Shown: positions 30,987 through 32,000 of the stretch, piece by piece
Layout: each line of letters starts with the position of its first letter
Position numbering within the stretch: position 1 is the stretch's first letter
Source: Calothrix sp. FI2-JRJ7
GTDB taxonomy: Bacteria; Cyanobacteriota; Cyanobacteriia; Cyanobacteriales; Nostocaceae
Assembly: GCA_019359675.1 (NCBI GenBank)
Contig: JAHHGX010000022.1
Coordinates: 4,549-36,548, forward strand
DNA length: 32,000 bases
Reading direction: 5' to 3'
The notes under the pieces: generated by a model
Told to the model about the DNA's origin: nothing
What the model saw: the letters and a program-made list of their open reading frames with translations, nothing else
Databases searched by the model: none
Made by a program: the position numbers and the translations under genes

Positions 30987-32000
30987 TTATTCGCTGTATG
31001 CTTCCATAGGGAGGCAAGAACAAACGAAGTTTCTATCACCGAATGCTGCGTCGATGCGACTGACGCTGACCCAGAATTTATTATCGCGTGTCCACGGCGC
31101 CGGATATGCAGCTTGTTCTCTGGTATATGGATGTGTCCAGTCACCAGAAATTAAACTTTCTGCGGTGTGGGGGGCATTTTTCAAGAGGTTGTCTTGAATA
31201 TCCATTTTCCCAGATTCAATTTCGGCAATTTCTTGGCGAATGGAAATTAATGCATCACAGAAACGGTCGAGTTCCTCTTTTGATTCGCTTTCGGTTGGTT
31301 CCACCATAATAGTACCAGCGACGGGCCATGATACGGTGGGTGCATGGAAACCGTAGTCCATCAAGCGTTTTGCTACGTCATCGATGTCGATATTGGCAGA
31401 TTTTTTCAACGCGCGCAAATCTAAGATACACTCGTGGGCGACATAACCGTTACTACCTTTGTAAAGTACTGGGTAGTGGTTTTCTAACCGTTTAGCGATG
31501 TAGTTGGCGTTGAGAATTGCAATTTTGGTAGCTTCGGTTAAACCTTTGGCGCCCATCATTACAATATACATCCAAGAAATTACTAGGATGCTGGCACTTC
31601 CCCAAGGTGCAGCAGAAACGGCGCCTATCGATTTTTGATTATCAGATATATCAACAACAGCGTGTCCTGGGAGGAAAGGGACTAGGTGTGAAGCAACACC
31701 AATGGGACCCATGCCGGGGCCACCACCACCATGAGGTATGCAGAAGGTTTTGTGGAGGTTTAAGTGGCAAACGTCGGCGCCTATATCTCCAGGACGGCAA
31801 AGTCCGACTTGAGCGTTCATGTTGGCGCCGTCCATATATACCTGTCCACCATGAGAATGAACGATGGTACAAATGTCTTTGATGGCTTCTTCAAATACAC
31901 CGTGGGTAGATGGGTATGTCACCATCAACGCTGAAAGGTTGTTACTGTGCTTTTCGGCTTTTGCTTTCAGATCGGCAACATCAATATTACCGTCTTTATC
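30987..32000 (-). CDS. gcvP: Glycine dehydrogenase (decarboxylating), glycine-cleavage P protein, C-terminal part (5' end outside the window)
   Basis: ...[38 protein letters not shown]...[49 protein letters not shown] (PLP-lysine region). The frame stays open to the window edge. The stop is at 30987. Confidence 0.95.
   Translation of the reverse strand, partial: DKDGNIDVADLKAKAEKHSNNLSALMVTYPSTHGVFEEAIKDICTIVHSHGGQVYMDGANMNAQVGLCRPGDIGADVCHLNLHKTFCIPHGGGGPGMGPIGVASHLVPFLPGHAVVDISDNQKSIGAVSAAPWGSASILVISWMYIVMMGAKGLTEATKIAILNANYIAKRLENHYPVLYKGSNGYVAHECILDLRALKKSANIDIDDVAKRLMDYGFHAPTVSWPVAGTIMVEPTESESKEELDRFCDALISIRQEIAEIESGKMDIQDNLLKNAPHTAESLISGDWTHPYTREQAAYPAPWTRDNKFWVSVSRIDAAFGDRNFVCSCLPMEAYSE

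Larger units (their letters stand above)
43..31829. repeat. Dispersed hyper-abundant palindrome GGCGCC (HIP-like), about 75 copies
   Basis: Manual scan, site starts: 43, 471, 699, 978, 1712, 2697, 3304, 3397, 3535, 3604, 4249, 4984, 5244, 5553, 5691, 6211, 6626, 7427, 10209, 10463, 10851, 11025, 11916, 12166, 12650, 13041, 13506, 13790, 14843, 14940, 15667, 15756, 16170, 16693, 17212, 17499, 17983, 18028, 18236, 18980, 19378, 20187, 20209, 20742, 20906, 21140, 21239, 22555, 22763, 23042, 23556, 23932, 24172, 25222, 25548, 26084, 26183, 26850, 27179, 27705, 27729, 27914, 28016, 28220, 29045, 29888, 29953, 30196, 30569, 30616, 31096, 31548, 31620, 31776, 31824. I may have missed a few. Confidence 0.9.

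Noticed and set aside
31088-31882. Several 70-90-aa ORFs on both strands overlapping gcvP
   Set aside because: All lie within the strongly conserved GcvP reading frame and translate to low-complexity Arg/Trp/His-rich sequences.
1-32000. Canonical cyanobacterial HIP1 (GCGATCGC)
   Set aside because: I looked for it while scanning and saw no copy. The closest strings (gcgatatcgc, agcgataatc) are not HIP1. A computational count should confirm this.

Overview
This 32-kb window is AT-rich chromosomal DNA with cyanobacterial gene content: a Uma2-family nuclease, all-TPR proteins, a multi-PAS hybrid histidine kinase, a DUF697-type GTPase, a PaO-like Rieske oxygenase, a double-glycine bacteriocin-like peptide and GcvP. 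I support about 20 intact genes. There are also several decayed ones: an IS630 HTH fragment, a histidine-kinase tail, a frameshifted vapC with an antitoxin lacking a start codon, and a HIBADH-type remnant. The most unusual signals lie in the DNA rather than in any single gene. (1) The palindrome GGCGCC occurs about 75 times by my manual count, roughly once per 430 bp, against an expectation of 1-2. It appears in genes on both strands, in all codon phases, and in spacers. I saw no canonical HIP1 (GCGATCGC). An apparently orphan C5 cytosine methyltransferase sits in the window beside a Uma2-fusion nuclease. (2) A family of hairpin repeats begins with GTAG (GTAGGGTGCGTRACGCTA ... TAGCGTYACGCACC) and is REP/REPIN-like. 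It occurs at 6 or more loci, shows compensatory arm substitutions, and donates stop codons or C-termini to genes. One inverted doublet has expanded internally into an exact 55-bp array of about 13 units (7687-8395). (3) A second MITE-like family has GTCATKCTGAGC termini. (4) A 2.8-kb stretch free of GGCGCC contains that array and a gene for an internally triplicated helical protein, which suggests recent acquisition. Other candidates are weaker: a TPR gene plus AAA-ATPase/PD-(D/E)XK pair, and a GG-leader peptide lying convergent to an S2P/M50-TPR membrane protease. All functional calls come from motif recognition by eye. No database search was run.
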